Of a stretch of 46,538 nucleotides of DNA, positions 1-9,705 are shown piece after piece (the first letter of the stretch is position 1; every line of letters begins with the position of its first letter). The stretch is from Halobacteriales archaeon SW_6_65_15. Lineage in GTDB: Archaea; Halobacteriota; Halobacteria; Halobacteriales; Haladaptataceae. The translations under genes and the position numbers were made by a program. The stretch lies in contig PXSM01000125.1 in NCBI GenBank assembly GCA_003023465.1, positions 1-46,538 of the forward strand, written 5' to 3'. The notes under the pieces were generated by a model. It searched no databases and was not told the DNA's origin. It worked only from the letters and a program-made list of their open reading frames with translations.

Positions 1-166
1 AGAGTTACAACCGGTAGTGTGAGCCCCGTCTCTTCCGGCAGTAGCTTCAACACCCACCTGTTCGAACGCCAAGTCATCCCATGCCCCGACCAGGGTCCTA
101 CCGCGGCGAGCACGTGAAATCGGACGATAGACCGACCGCGGCCGGTCCCCCCGGAGGCGGTCGCTG

Positions 167-1606
167 ATGGCCGACCGCGAGCCGGTCGGCGGCGTCGACA
201 ACGCCTGGCGCCGGGTCGGGTCGGTGGACAACCTGACGACCATCACCGGGGTGCTGTGGTTCGACGAGGCCATCAGCTACGAGGAGCTGTGCGACCGCCT
301 CGAGGAGCGGCTGCTCCGGTTCGACCGGTTCGGACAGCGCGTCGGCGGCCGCGAGCGGGCGGTGGCCCGGCCCTACTGGGAGACGGTCGAGGAGTTCGAC
401 GTCGAGACCCACGTCGAGCACGTGGCGCTGCCGGAGCCGCAGGACGACGAGACGTTCCAGCGGTTCGTCGGCAGCCTGATGAGCCGGCCGCTCGACGAGC
501 GGCGGCCGCTGTGGGAGGCGACCCTCGTCGACGGCGCCGGCTCCGGGGACGGCAACGCCGTCGCCTTCCGCATCAACCACAGCATCGGCGACGGATTCGC
601 GCTGATGTACGTCATGTTCGGGCTGGTGGACGACCCCGACAGCATCGAGATGCCGATGGGCATCGTCCCGGACCCGCCGAGCGCCGACGAGTTCGCCGAC
701 GAGACGGCGGCCGACGGCGCGGGCGCGGCGGTCGAGCGCGGCGAGTCGACGACGGCCGGGCCCGCGGAGGGCGCTGCGGACGCCGAGGACGGCGACGGGA
801 CGGGGCTGTCGCTGGGCGGCGGCGTGCTCGACACCGTCTCGCTGGCGGCGACGGCGGTCAGGACCGGCGTGAACCTGCTGACACAGGACGACGAGATAGA
901 GACGTCGCTGCGGGGCGAGCTGGGCACCGCCAAACGAGCGGGGTGGACCGACGAGATACCGCTGGCGACGGTGAAGGCCATCGGCGAGGAGAACGACGCC
1001 ACGGTCAACGACGTGCTGCTGGGGGCGCTGGCGGGGGCGTTCCGCCGGCTACTCGCCGACCGCGGCGAGAGCGTCGACGGGCGGGAACTCCGGGTGACGG
1101 TGCCGGTCAACCTCAGGCCGATGGACCGGCGGGACGCCTCGCTCGGCAACCACTTCGGGCTGGCGTTCGTCCCGCTGCCCGTCGGCACGCCGGACCTCGG
1201 GGAGCGCATCCGCATCATCCACGACCGGATGAGCCCCGAGAAGGCCGGCGTCGAGGCGTTCCTGATGTACCTGGCGCTGAAGTTCGGCGGCCACGCGCCG
1301 GAGCCCGTCCTCGAGTGGCTGATGGGGCAGTTCGAGGACCGCGCGACGGGCGTGGTGACCAACGTCCCGGGTCCGACCGGGGCCGTCGAGTTCGCCGGCC
1401 GGGAGATAACCGACATCATGTTCTGGGTGCCGCAGGCCAACGACCAGGGCATCGGCATCAGCATCTTCAGCTACGACGGGGCGGTCCGGCTCGGCATCGC
1501 CTGCGACGCGAACCTCATCGAGGACCCCGGCGAACTGTCCGGGGCCTTCCGGACCGAGGTCGACGCGCTGGCCGAGGACGCCGACGCCGACCTGGCCAGC
1601 GAGTAG
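167..1606 (+). CDS. Wax ester synthase / diacylglycerol acyltransferase (WS/DGAT) family O-acyltransferase
   Basis: 479 aa; PLD..RPLWE motif, catalytic variant NHSIGDG (HHxxxDG) at 575-595, TVNDV and TNVPGP motifs. Confidence 0.9.
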   Translation: MADREPVGGVDNAWRRVGSVDNLTTITGVLWFDEAISYEELCDRLEERLLRFDRFGQRVGGRERAVARPYWETVEEFDVETHVEHVALPEPQDDETFQRFVGSLMSRPLDERRPLWEATLVDGAGSGDGNAVAFRINHSIGDGFALMYVMFGLVDDPDSIEMPMGIVPDPPSADEFADETAADGAGAAVERGESTTAGPAEGAADAEDGDGTGLSLGGGVLDTVSLAATAVRTGVNLLTQDDEIETSLRGELGTAKRAGWTDEIPLATVKAIGEENDATVNDVLLGALAGAFRRLLADRGESVDGRELRVTVPVNLRPMDRRDASLGNHFGLAFVPLPVGTPDLGERIRIIHDRMSPEKAGVEAFLMYLALKFGGHAPEPVLEWLMGQFEDRATGVVTNVPGPTGAVEFAGREITDIMFWVPQANDQGIGISIFSYDGAVRLGIACDANLIEDPGELSGAFRTEVDALAEDADADLASE

Positions 1607-1645
1607 AACCACGCCGGCTTTGGACCGGGCGCTCCAGGCCACCGT

Positions 1646-2038
1646 ATGGAGTGTCCCGACTGCGGCGCCTCGATGGTCGCCTTCGACGTCCCGGTGGAGT
1701 ACCGCGAGCACGTCCCCGAATCGAGCGGCCGGGCGGCGCTGTGTCCGTCCTGTCTCGCGCTGGCGAGCGCGGAATCGGCGCCGGCCGAGCCGCGGTTCGA
1801 CCGCATCAGCGACGCCTTCCCGACGAACGAGGCGGCGGCGGTGCCGCTGGCCGTCGCCGTCGGCCTGCTGGACTCGCTGGCGCTGCACCGCCCGGCGCTG
1901 GAGGAACTGCTCGGCGCCGCCGAGCGGGCCGGCGTCGACCCGCTGCTCGTGCTGGACCGACTGCACGCACAGGGCGGCGTCCAGCCCGGCTTCGACCTCG
2001 ACCGGCGGCGCCACCAGCTCCAGCAACTGCTGGACTGA
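1646..2038 (+). CDS. Conserved haloarchaeal zinc-ribbon protein (DUF6276-like)
   Basis: 130 aa; N-terminal CPDCG plus CPSC, acidic composition. Confidence 0.7.
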   Translation: MECPDCGASMVAFDVPVEYREHVPESSGRAALCPSCLALASAESAPAEPRFDRISDAFPTNEAAAVPLAVAVGLLDSLALHRPALEELLGAAERAGVDPLLVLDRLHAQGGVQPGFDLDRRRHQLQQLLD

Positions 2039-2069
2039 TTCGATGCGACGGGGAGTCGGTCGGGGGGTC

Positions 2070-3389
2070 TCAGACGCCCGTCGAGTACCGCAGGATGCCG
2101 GCGATACCGCCGAAGGCCGACAGCAGCTGTTCGCCCTTCTCGAAGTCCGTCGAGATGAACTTCACCTCGGTGCCCCGCTGTTCGGCGATTGCCATCAGGT
2201 GGTCGATGGCGTCCTCCCGCTCGACGACCTCCGCCTCGGCGCCGTCCTCGCAGGCGTGTTCGGGGGTGTCCGCACTGGTGTCGACGAGTTCGAACTCCTC
2301 GCGGCCGCCGCAGTCGTAGGTGACGACGTCCTTCCGGAGGTCCTCGCTGATGAGCAGGCGGTCGACCGAGCCCATCACGAGGTTCTGTCGGGTGGCGTCG
2401 AAGCCGTACGTCGCCTTCCCGCCGTCGTGGAGCTGTTCGAAGAACTCCTCCATCTGGGACTTGTCCTTCATCACCTCCGTCTCGTAGGTGGCGAGCTCGC
2501 CGCCGTTGAGTTCCTTGAAGAACTCCTCCATCTGCCGTTTGTCCTTCATCACCTCCGTCTCGGCCAGCACGTCCCCGGCAGCGTCGACGAGGTCGTACAG
2601 TCCCGACTCGTCGGTGTAGGAGACGTCGAACTTTCCCAGCACCGTGTCCCGGAGTTCGTGGTGGAGGTAGTCGCCGTCGAGGAACTCGTCCTTGGTCGGC
2701 GAGGGGCCCCCCACGAGGATGCCGTCCAGTTCGTGCCGCCTGGGGACGAACAGGTCGTCGGCCATCTCGGCGACCTCCTGGTAGAAGTTGTCGATGGCTT
2801 CCAGCCGGAGGCGGGCGAACCGCTGGGCGGACTGGCCGCCCTTCCGCTGTTTGCCCGGCACGAGCGAGGAGGCGGACTTGACCGGCTCGACGCGCTTGCC
2901 CTTCAGCCAGCCGACGTTGGCCTCGCGGCGGTCGAGGACGATGAGGCCGTAGAGACCCTTGTCGGCCAGCATCCCCTCTAGCGGTTCGGTCAGGAACTCC
3001 GAGTCGCAGTGGTAGCGGAACGACTGGATGGGTTCGGGCGGGCTCTCCAGCACCTTCGTCACCATGTCGGTCCGGCCACCGCCGGTGTCGATGGCACCGC
3101 TGAAGATGACCATTCCCTTCTCCGGCGGATAGGTGTCGTAGTAGCGCAGGCGGTCCTTGATGGACGTGAGGGCGTCCTGCACGTTCGTCCGGGTCTGCTT
3201 GGACTTGATGTTGGCCGCCTCGCTGTGCTCTTGGGTGACGTGTGCGACCACGTCGCTGATCTGCTTGTCGTCTGGAATGTAGATGGTGACGAGCTGAGTC
3301 CCGGAGCCCTTGTAGTCCTTGAGGTCCTCGATGACCTTCTGGAACTCGTACTTTTTCCTGTCGGACTGCTCGCCTTCCTGCTCACTCAT
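2070..3389 (-). CDS. prf1: Peptide chain release factor aRF1, with an internal 26-aa tandem duplication
   Basis: NIKS, YHCDSEF, GKQRKGGQS (GGQ) and C-terminal FGGIAGILRY motifs. Confidence 0.97.
   Translation of the reverse strand: MSEQEGEQSDRKKYEFQKVIEDLKDYKGSGTQLVTIYIPDDKQISDVVAHVTQEHSEAANIKSKQTRTNVQDALTSIKDRLRYYDTYPPEKGMVIFSGAIDTGGGRTDMVTKVLESPPEPIQSFRYHCDSEFLTEPLEGMLADKGLYGLIVLDRREANVGWLKGKRVEPVKSASSLVPGKQRKGGQSAQRFARLRLEAIDNFYQEVAEMADDLFVPRRHELDGILVGGPSPTKDEFLDGDYLHHELRDTVLGKFDVSYTDESGLYDLVDAAGDVLAETEVMKDKRQMEEFFKELNGGELATYETEVMKDKSQMEEFFEQLHDGGKATYGFDATRQNLVMGSVDRLLISEDLRKDVVTYDCGGREEFELVDTSADTPEHACEDGAEAEVVEREDAIDHLMAIAEQRGTEVKFISTDFEKGEQLLSAFGGIAGILRYSTGV
2406..2561. repeat. Diverged 78-nt tandem duplication inside prf1
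   Basis: ETEVMKDKRQMEEFFKELNGGELATY (2484-2561) followed by ETEVMKDKSQMEEFFEQLHDGGKATY (2406-2483). Confidence 0.9.
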
Positions 3390-3678
3390 TACCTCTTTCT
3401 AGACCGTCCGGGAGGTAAGTAACCTACGACCTTGCATGGGTAATGCATAGCGAATACATGCTTTAGTCGGTAATGCGTATGTTTGAGTAGATAAAGCAAC
3501 AGTCTTGCAAAACTAAACCGAGGTGTAACAGTGAAGGCTCGCAAACGCACCAGCCTCCAACATTGTACTTTGGCTGTCAGCTATTCTCCTAAAACCGACG
3601 CCGTTTGTTCGATTCTCTCGTCGCCGACGGGCTAACTTTATATGCGTGTCGTGGCTGGGTTGCAGACAACGAACACGC

Positions 3679-5223
3679 ATGTCCGAACGAACCGTCTACG
3701 CGATAGCGAGCGGCAAAGGAGGTGTCGGGAAGACGACGACCGCCATCAACCTCGGCGCGATGCTGGCCGACCGGGACCACTCGGTGGTCGTCGTCGACAC
3801 CGACCTCGGGATGGCGAACCTCGCCGGTTTCCTCGACTTCGAGGTCGAGACGCCGACCCTCCACGAGGTGCTGGCGGGCGACGCCGACGTCAAGGAGTCG
3901 ATCTGCCAAGCACCCGGCGGCATCGACGTACTGCCCAGCGCTACCGACATCGAGGCGTTCACCAGATCCGACCCGGGAAACCTGCAGGACGTGGTCGCAC
4001 CCCTCCGCGAGGAGTACGACTACGTGCTACTCGACACCGGGGCAGGCGTCAGCTACGACAGTCTCGTCCCGCTGGCGCTCGCCGACGCCGTCCTGCTGGT
4101 CGCCACGCCCGACGTGGCCTCGGTGCGGGACACCGCCAAGACCGGCGAACTGACCGCGCGAGTCGGGAGCGAGGTCGCGGGTGCGGTCCTGACCCAGCGC
4201 AGCAGCGACATCCTCAGCGCCGACGACGTGGAGGAGACCCTCGGAACCGACGTACTCGCGGTCGTCCCGCAGGACGAGGCGGTCCCGATGGGCATCGACG
4301 CCGGGCGACCCCTCGCGGCGTTCGCACCGAACGCACCCGCCGGGCAGGCCTACCGCGAACTCGCCGCGGTGGTGACGGGCGAGACCGACCCCGACCCCGA
4401 ACTGGACCTCGGGGGCGACGCCGACGTGGAGTTCGACGCCGAACCGCCCACCCGTGAGAAGGGTTCGGGCGAGCGCGAGGACGCCCCACCGGGTGAGGGA
4501 CTCCCCGAGAGCGTCCAGAACGCCATCGAAAGCGGGGGCGAATCCGGCGGCCTCCTCGGCGGCGAGTTGGCGAGCGCGGCCGAGGAGATTCGAGCGCAGA
4601 CGGCCGACCAGACTGCGGAGCGAGCGACGGACGCCCCGACCGAGGGGTCCGACTCGTCGGACTCGCTCGAAGCAAAGGCAAACGATTCGGACCCGCTCGA
4701 CACCGAAGCGAACGATTCAGACTCCCTCGACACCGAAGCGAACGAATCAGAGCCTGCGGAGTCCGACGTGATCGACGAGGAAGCTCGGAGCGTGGACGAC
4801 CTCATCGACGAGCACATGGACGACGACCGCCTCGGGAAGGACTCGCTGGCGGGCGACGACTCACGGACGGGCGACGACCCGTTCGGCGAGGACTCGCCGG
4901 ACGGAACGGACGACGACCGCGACGCCACGGAGAGCCAGACCCGCGAGGGCGGAGCCGACCCCATGCCATCCGACGGCGACCGAACCAGCGACGACCGAAC
5001 CAGCGACGAGGGGTCGGACTCCGGCGCAGTCCCATTCGAGGGGGAAAGCGAACCCCCAAGCGCGGAGGAGATCGATGGAGGCGCGGAGCCGAACGCCGAA
5101 TCCGGAGCGAAATCAGTAGGCGTCGAATTGGAGGACGTGGATGCGGAAGACGTGAAGACGGGGACGCTTTCTGACGACGATAATTCCGGGATTCTGGGCC
5201 GCATCGGATCGCTGTTCAAGTGA
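3679..5223 (+). CDS. minD: MinD/ParA-family ATPase with long acidic C-terminal extension (MinD4-like)
   Basis: ASGKGGVGKTT deviant Walker A, DTDLGMANL, LDTGAG; about 270 aa acidic tail ending in amphipathic GILGRIGSLFK; ATG at 3679 after TATA-like ctttata. Confidence 0.88.
   Translation: MSERTVYAIASGKGGVGKTTTAINLGAMLADRDHSVVVVDTDLGMANLAGFLDFEVETPTLHEVLAGDADVKESICQAPGGIDVLPSATDIEAFTRSDPGNLQDVVAPLREEYDYVLLDTGAGVSYDSLVPLALADAVLLVATPDVASVRDTAKTGELTARVGSEVAGAVLTQRSSDILSADDVEETLGTDVLAVVPQDEAVPMGIDAGRPLAAFAPNAPAGQAYRELAAVVTGETDPDPELDLGGDADVEFDAEPPTREKGSGEREDAPPGEGLPESVQNAIESGGESGGLLGGELASAAEEIRAQTADQTAERATDAPTEGSDSSDSLEAKANDSDPLDTEANDSDSLDTEANESEPAESDVIDEEARSVDDLIDEHMDDDRLGKDSLAGDDSRTGDDPFGEDSPDGTDDDRDATESQTREGGADPMPSDGDRTSDDRTSDEGSDSGAVPFEGESEPPSAEEIDGGAEPNAESGAKSVGVELEDVDAEDVKTGTLSDDDNSGILGRIGSLFK
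4657..4746. repeat. 30-nt x3 coding tandem repeat in the MinD tail
   Basis: tcggactcgctcgaagcaaaggcaaacgat / tcggacccgctcgacaccgaagcgaacgat / tcagactccctcgacaccgaagcgaacgaa. Confidence 0.85.
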
Positions 5224-5447
5224 GGCCGCCCCTCCGACCAGTGGGCCGACGGTCGGAGAGAATTCTAATTGCGTCTTTTCGCTGTCGAAAATTCATAGAG
5301 TTCTTAAAGACATCTATAGATTTTTTCCACTACTATATAGTTGTCTTTGGCGTTCCTTTCAATTTCTCATCTTCGTTCGATAGCCCGACCCGAGCACCGC
5401 CCGAAGACGCCTCAACTTCTAAGCACTTCGGCGTCGAACCCGTCGCT

Positions 5448-5582
5448 ATGGCAGACGACAGTTCGGTGTCGTTCTGGTGGGTGCTACTGTTCGTGCTACT
5501 GGCGCTCGGGGTCGCCGCCGGAGCGATATTCTTCGTCGGGGGCGACCTCTTCGGCGCGTCGGGGTTCGTCGTTCCCGGCTGA
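5448..5582 (+). CDS. 44-aa single-pass membrane micro-protein
   Basis: MADDSSVSFWWVLLFVLLALGVAAGAIFFVGGDLFGASGFVVPG; one hydrophobic helix, GC-rich codon usage. Confidence 0.65.
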   Translation: MADDSSVSFWWVLLFVLLALGVAAGAIFFVGGDLFGASGFVVPG

Positions 5583-5634
5583 GCGACGAGTCCCGGCGAC
5601 GCTTATTTACGCGTTCCGTCAGAACCTATACCTA

Positions 5635-5958
5635 ATGACCGAAATCGTCTCCACCGAGGACGTGCTTTCCGGTGCTCCCCGAATCGAAGGGACCCGAATC
5701 GGCGTTCACCACGTCGCCCGGCGGATCATCGACGGGGACGAGGAGCCAGCAGTCGTGGCGAGCGACTACGACCTCTCGCTCGCGGATATCCATCGCGCGT
5801 TGACCTACTACTACGACCACCCCGACGAGATGCGCGAGATGAGGAAGCGACGAGACGAGATGGGGGAAGACTTGAACGTACTAACCCCCGAGGACGTTGG
5901 GCTTCATCAGGTCGAGAGTGAACGAGAGTCGGCAGGGAAATCGGAGCGATCGGCGTGA
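5635..5958 (+). CDS. DUF433 family antitoxin (VapB45-like)
   Basis: IVSTEDVLSGAPRIEGTRIGV...DYDLSLADIHRALTYY signature; overlaps next gene (GTGA). Confidence 0.88.
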   Translation: MTEIVSTEDVLSGAPRIEGTRIGVHHVARRIIDGDEEPAVVASDYDLSLADIHRALTYYYDHPDEMREMRKRRDEMGEDLNVLTPEDVGLHQVESERESAGKSERSA

Positions 5959-6284
5959 GGATCGTCGCGGACGAACACATTCCGGATCGGTTCGTTACCG
6001 CACTGCAGTCCGAGGGTTTCGACGTGGTTCGAGCCAAAGACGTATTGTACGAAAGCGCGCCGGACTCTGCCATTCTCGACTACGCGGTCGAAAACGGATA
6101 CGTCGTTCTAAGCGAAGACGAGGACTTTAGAAAAGAAGTAACCGATCAGAGTGATCATCCCGGAGTAATCGCTTGTAATACCAGAGCGAAAACTGGGGAG
6201 GTCGTCTCCGCAATTCGATCGATAGAACGGTACGCGGAGGACTTGAGCGGTAGCGTCGTCCACGTCCCCGGAAACTGGGACTGA
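5955..6284 (+). CDS. DUF5615 PIN-like toxin (VapC45-like)
   Basis: IVADEHI, APDSAIL, VVLSEDEDF, HPGVI motifs; translationally coupled to DUF433. Confidence 0.85.
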   Translation: MRIVADEHIPDRFVTALQSEGFDVVRAKDVLYESAPDSAILDYAVENGYVVLSEDEDFRKEVTDQSDHPGVIACNTRAKTGEVVSAIRSIERYAEDLSGSVVHVPGNWD

Positions 6285-8063
6285 TTACATCGACCGCGGA
6301 GCCGCAACCCCGAGCACCTGCAGGGCGTTGCCCACCGCGTGCTTCGACGCCGCGACCAGCGCGAGGCGGGCGTCCCGCAGGTCCTCGTCCACGTCGTCGG
6401 CGAGGACCGGACACTCCCGGTAGAAGGCGTTGAACGTCTCGGCGAACTCTCGGGTGTAGGTGGCGACGAGGTGGGGTTCGAGGTCCGCCGCGGCCGTCTC
6501 GATGACCGCCGGGAAGCGACCGATGGCCTCCACGAGGTCGCGCTCGGCCTCCGTCTCCAGCAGGGAGGCGTCGAAGCCCCCGGCGACTGCGGTGTCGGAG
6601 GTTGTCGGATCGATTCCGGCTTCCTCCAGAATGCCGCAACAGCGCGCGTGAACGTACTGGACGTAGGGCGCGCTCTGGGCCTCGAAGTCGAGCGCGCGGT
6701 CCCACTCGAAGGTGATCGCCTTCGAGGGCTGCTTGGAGACGATGTCGTACCGGACCGCGCCGATGCCGACCTGCTCGGCGATGCGCTCGACGTCCTCGTC
6801 GGTGAGGTCATCATCGCGGATGCGGTCGTCCATCCGGGTCTCGACCTCCTCGCGGGCGCGGTCGATGGCCTCGTCGAGCAGGTCGTCGAGGTCGATGCCC
6901 GTACCCTCGCGAGTGCTCATCCCTTCGCCGCCGGGGAGGTTCACCCAGGAGTAGAACACCTGTTCGAGTTGGTCGGTGTCGTGGCCGAGGAGTTCGAGCG
7001 CGTAGCGGAGCTGTTCGAAGGTTAGCTGATGGTCCTCGCCGATGACGGTGATCGCGCGGTCGTAGTTGTCGAACTTCCACTCGTGGTGGGCGATGTCCCG
7101 CGTCGTGTAGAGGGTCGTGCCGTCCGAGCGCAGGAACACGAAGTTCTTGTCGATGCCGAACTCGTCGAGTTCGAGCTGCCACGCCTCCTCCTCGAAGACG
7201 GCCTCGTCGAGTTCCTTCAGGCGCGAGACCACCTCGTCGGCCGACCCGTCGCGGAGGAACCGGGTCTCCTTGACGAACTCGTCGAACTCCGCGGGCAGGC
7301 GGTCGAGACTCTCGCGCATCCCGCCGAGGACCGTGTCCACGACCGTCTGAACGCGCTCGTAGGTCTCCTCGTCGCCTTCTTCGAGCCCCTGCATGATGGC
7401 TTGAATCTCGGCCTCGGCTTCCTCGACCTCGTCGGGGTCGCCCGCTTCGAGGAACTCGTTGCCCTTGCGGTAGTAGCGAACGAGGTCGTAGTCGGCCTTG
7501 TCGCGCTCGGGGTCGGGCAGGTCCTCTTCGTCGAAGGTCTCGTAGGCCCACGTGAAGACGGCCATCTGGCGACCCGCGTCGTTGACGTAGTAGTGGCGGT
7601 CCACGTCGTGGCCGGCGAAGGCGAGCACGCGCGCCACGGCGTCGCCGACGATGGGATTGCGCGCCCGGCCGACGTGGACCGGACCGGTCGGGTTGGCGCT
7701 GGTGTGTTCGACCACGACCTCCTCGCCGGTCGGTTCGAGGTGGCCGAAGTCGGCTCGCTGGCCCTCCTCGACGGTCGCCTCGTAGTAGGCGTCGCTCGGC
7801 AGGAAGTTGACGTACGGGCCCTGCGCCGAAGCGGCGTCGATCAGTTCGTGCTCGCTCGCGTCGATTTCGTCGGCGATGTCGCCCGCGACCTCCGGCGGGG
7901 GCGCGCCCACCTCGCCCGCGAGGCGGAACGCCGCGCTACTGGCCAGCACCGCGTCCACGCCCTCCGGCGGGTCCTCGATGCCGAGGTCGTCGGTCGGGAG
8001 ATCGAGTTCGTCGAGTGCGGAGACGAGAGCCGCCTCCACGTCGTCCCGGAACTGGAGATACAT
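6285..8063 (-). CDS. argS: Arginine--tRNA ligase
   Basis: [18 protein letters not shown] (HIGH-like), [22 protein letters not shown]-type C-terminus. Confidence 0.97.
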   Translation of the reverse strand: MYLQFRDDVEAALVSALDELDLPTDDLGIEDPPEGVDAVLASSAAFRLAGEVGAPPPEVAGDIADEIDASEHELIDAASAQGPYVNFLPSDAYYEATVEEGQRADFGHLEPTGEEVVVEHTSANPTGPVHVGRARNPIVGDAVARVLAFAGHDVDRHYYVNDAGRQMAVFTWAYETFDEEDLPDPERDKADYDLVRYYRKGNEFLEAGDPDEVEEAEAEIQAIMQGLEEGDEETYERVQTVVDTVLGGMRESLDRLPAEFDEFVKETRFLRDGSADEVVSRLKELDEAVFEEEAWQLELDEFGIDKNFVFLRSDGTTLYTTRDIAHHEWKFDNYDRAITVIGEDHQLTFEQLRYALELLGHDTDQLEQVFYSWVNLPGGEGMSTREGTGIDLDDLLDEAIDRAREEVETRMDDRIRDDDLTDEDVERIAEQVGIGAVRYDIVSKQPSKAITFEWDRALDFEAQSAPYVQYVHARCCGILEEAGIDPTTSDTAVAGGFDASLLETEAERDLVEAIGRFPAVIETAAADLEPHLVATYTREFAETFNAFYRECPVLADDVDEDLRDARLALVAASKHAVGNALQVLGVAAPRSM

Positions 8064-8179
8064 GTTACCGGATGGTTTTCGACCGGCGGGTAAAGGGGTT
8101 TCTGAAGCGTGTTACTGGTTCAGCGAAGGAGCGCGAGTCGCGGTCCGTCCGACGGAGTGACTCGCCGAGCGACGACTCG

Positions 8180-8893
8180 CTACCCGCCGAGGTAGAGCTT
8201 CGACACCTCCTCGTTGTCGAGGAGGTCGGCGGCGTCGCCTTGGAACCGGACGGTCCCCTGGTCGAGCACGTAGCCGCGGTCGGAGATGCCGAGTCCCTTC
8301 GTGGCGTTCTGTTCGACCATCAGGATCGCGGTGTCCAACTCGTTGACCGCCTGCACGTGCCCGAACACGTCGTCGGCGGTGTTCGGTGCCAGTCCGGCCG
8401 ACGGCTCGTCGATCAGCAGGACGTCCGGCTCCATCACGAGCGCGCGGGCGAACGCCAGCACCTGTCGCTGTCCGCCCGACAGGGTCCGGGCCTTCGCCGA
8501 CCGCTTCTCGTCGAGCAGCGGAAACCGGTCGTACAGGTCGCCGATGACCCGGTCGAGTCCGCCTTTCCGGGCGACGCCGCCCATCCGCAGGTTCTCCTCG
8601 ACGCTGAGCGAGTTGAACACGTTGTCGGTCTGCGGGACGTACCCGATTCCCTCCCGGACGACGTCCTCGGGGGCCATGCCGCCGATGTCCCGGCCGTGAT
8701 ACGTGACGGTTCCCGCCCACGGCGTCAGCAGGCCGAAGACCGTCTTGAGGACGGTGGATTTCCCGGCACCGTTCGGCCCGATGAGACAGACGATCTCCTC
8801 GGGGTCGAGGTGGAGCGAGCAGTCGTCGAGCACCTGCATCTCGCCGTAGCCGCTGTCGACGCCCGACAGTTCGAGGACGGGGTCGTCGCTCAC
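8180..8893 (-). CDS. livF: Branched-chain amino acid ABC transporter ATP-binding subunit
   Basis: GPNGAGKST, LSGGQRQ, DEPSAGLAP, MVEQN. Confidence 0.9.
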   Translation of the reverse strand: MSDDPVLELSGVDSGYGEMQVLDDCSLHLDPEEIVCLIGPNGAGKSTVLKTVFGLLTPWAGTVTYHGRDIGGMAPEDVVREGIGYVPQTDNVFNSLSVEENLRMGGVARKGGLDRVIGDLYDRFPLLDEKRSAKARTLSGGQRQVLAFARALVMEPDVLLIDEPSAGLAPNTADDVFGHVQAVNELDTAILMVEQNATKGLGISDRGYVLDQGTVRFQGDAADLLDNEEVSKLYLGG

Positions 8894-9705
8894 GCGCCAC
8901 CTCCCAGATACGCGTCGATGACGCGGGTGTCCGACTGCACGCGCTGGGGTGGCCCTTCCATGAGAACGCTGCCCTGATCCAGCACGATGACCGGGTCGGC
9001 GAGTTGCATGACGAAATCCATGTCGTGTTCGATGAGGAGGAACGTCGTCCCCTGCTCGTTGAGTCGGCGGATCTGCTCGACGAGTTGGTTCTGCAACGTC
9101 GGGTTGACGCCGGCGGCCGGCTCGTCCAGCAGGAGGATCTCCGGCTCGGCGAGCATCGCACGAGCCAACTCGACGAGCTTCATCTGGCCGCCGGAGATCT
9201 GGGTCGCGGGCTGGGTCGCGAGGTGGTCTATCTCGAACTCCTCGAGGATGCGCTCGGCCTCGGCGAGGTTACGGGACTCGCTCTCGCCGACCTCGCCGGG
9301 CGAGGTGAACAGCTTCACGAACGACTCGCCGGGTTGCTTTCGCGGCCCGACGAGCATCGCCTCGCGGACGGTCATCCCCTCCAGCTTTCGGGGCGTCTGG
9401 AACGTTCGTATCAGCCCGTGCTCGGCCACCTCGTACGGCTCCATCCCGGTGACGTCGGTCCCGTTGACCTCGACGCGCCCGCCCTCGGGTTCGTAGAAAC
9501 CCGAGACGAGGTTGAATATCGTCGATTTGCCGGCTCCGTTCGGGCCGATGAGGCCGGTGATCGTGCCGCACTCCACCTCGAAGGTGGCGTGGTCGGTGGC
9601 GACCAGCGCGCCGAACGACTTTTGCAAGTCCTCGACGCGCAGAACGGTGTCGTCCTTCGAGAGGTCGGCCCCGCGCGGGTCGACCGCGGGTTCGGCGTCA
9701 CTCAT
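8890..9705 (-). CDS. livG: Branched-chain amino acid ABC transporter ATP-binding subunit
   Basis: GLIGPNGAGKST, RTFQ, LLLDEPAAGVNP, IEHDM, AYLG; start could be 9714. Confidence 0.9.
   Translation of the reverse strand: MSDAEPAVDPRGADLSKDDTVLRVEDLQKSFGALVATDHATFEVECGTITGLIGPNGAGKSTIFNLVSGFYEPEGGRVEVNGTDVTGMEPYEVAEHGLIRTFQTPRKLEGMTVREAMLVGPRKQPGESFVKLFTSPGEVGESESRNLAEAERILEEFEIDHLATQPATQISGGQMKLVELARAMLAEPEILLLDEPAAGVNPTLQNQLVEQIRRLNEQGTTFLLIEHDMDFVMQLADPVIVLDQGSVLMEGPPQRVQSDTRVIDAYLGGGA

Noticed and set aside
256-2319. Many long Arg/Gly/Pro-rich overlapping or antisense ORFs (also 19501-21993, 22091-24373, 22242-24317, 41933-43534)
   Set aside because: Shadow frames of high-GC genes; composition not haloarchaeal and no motifs
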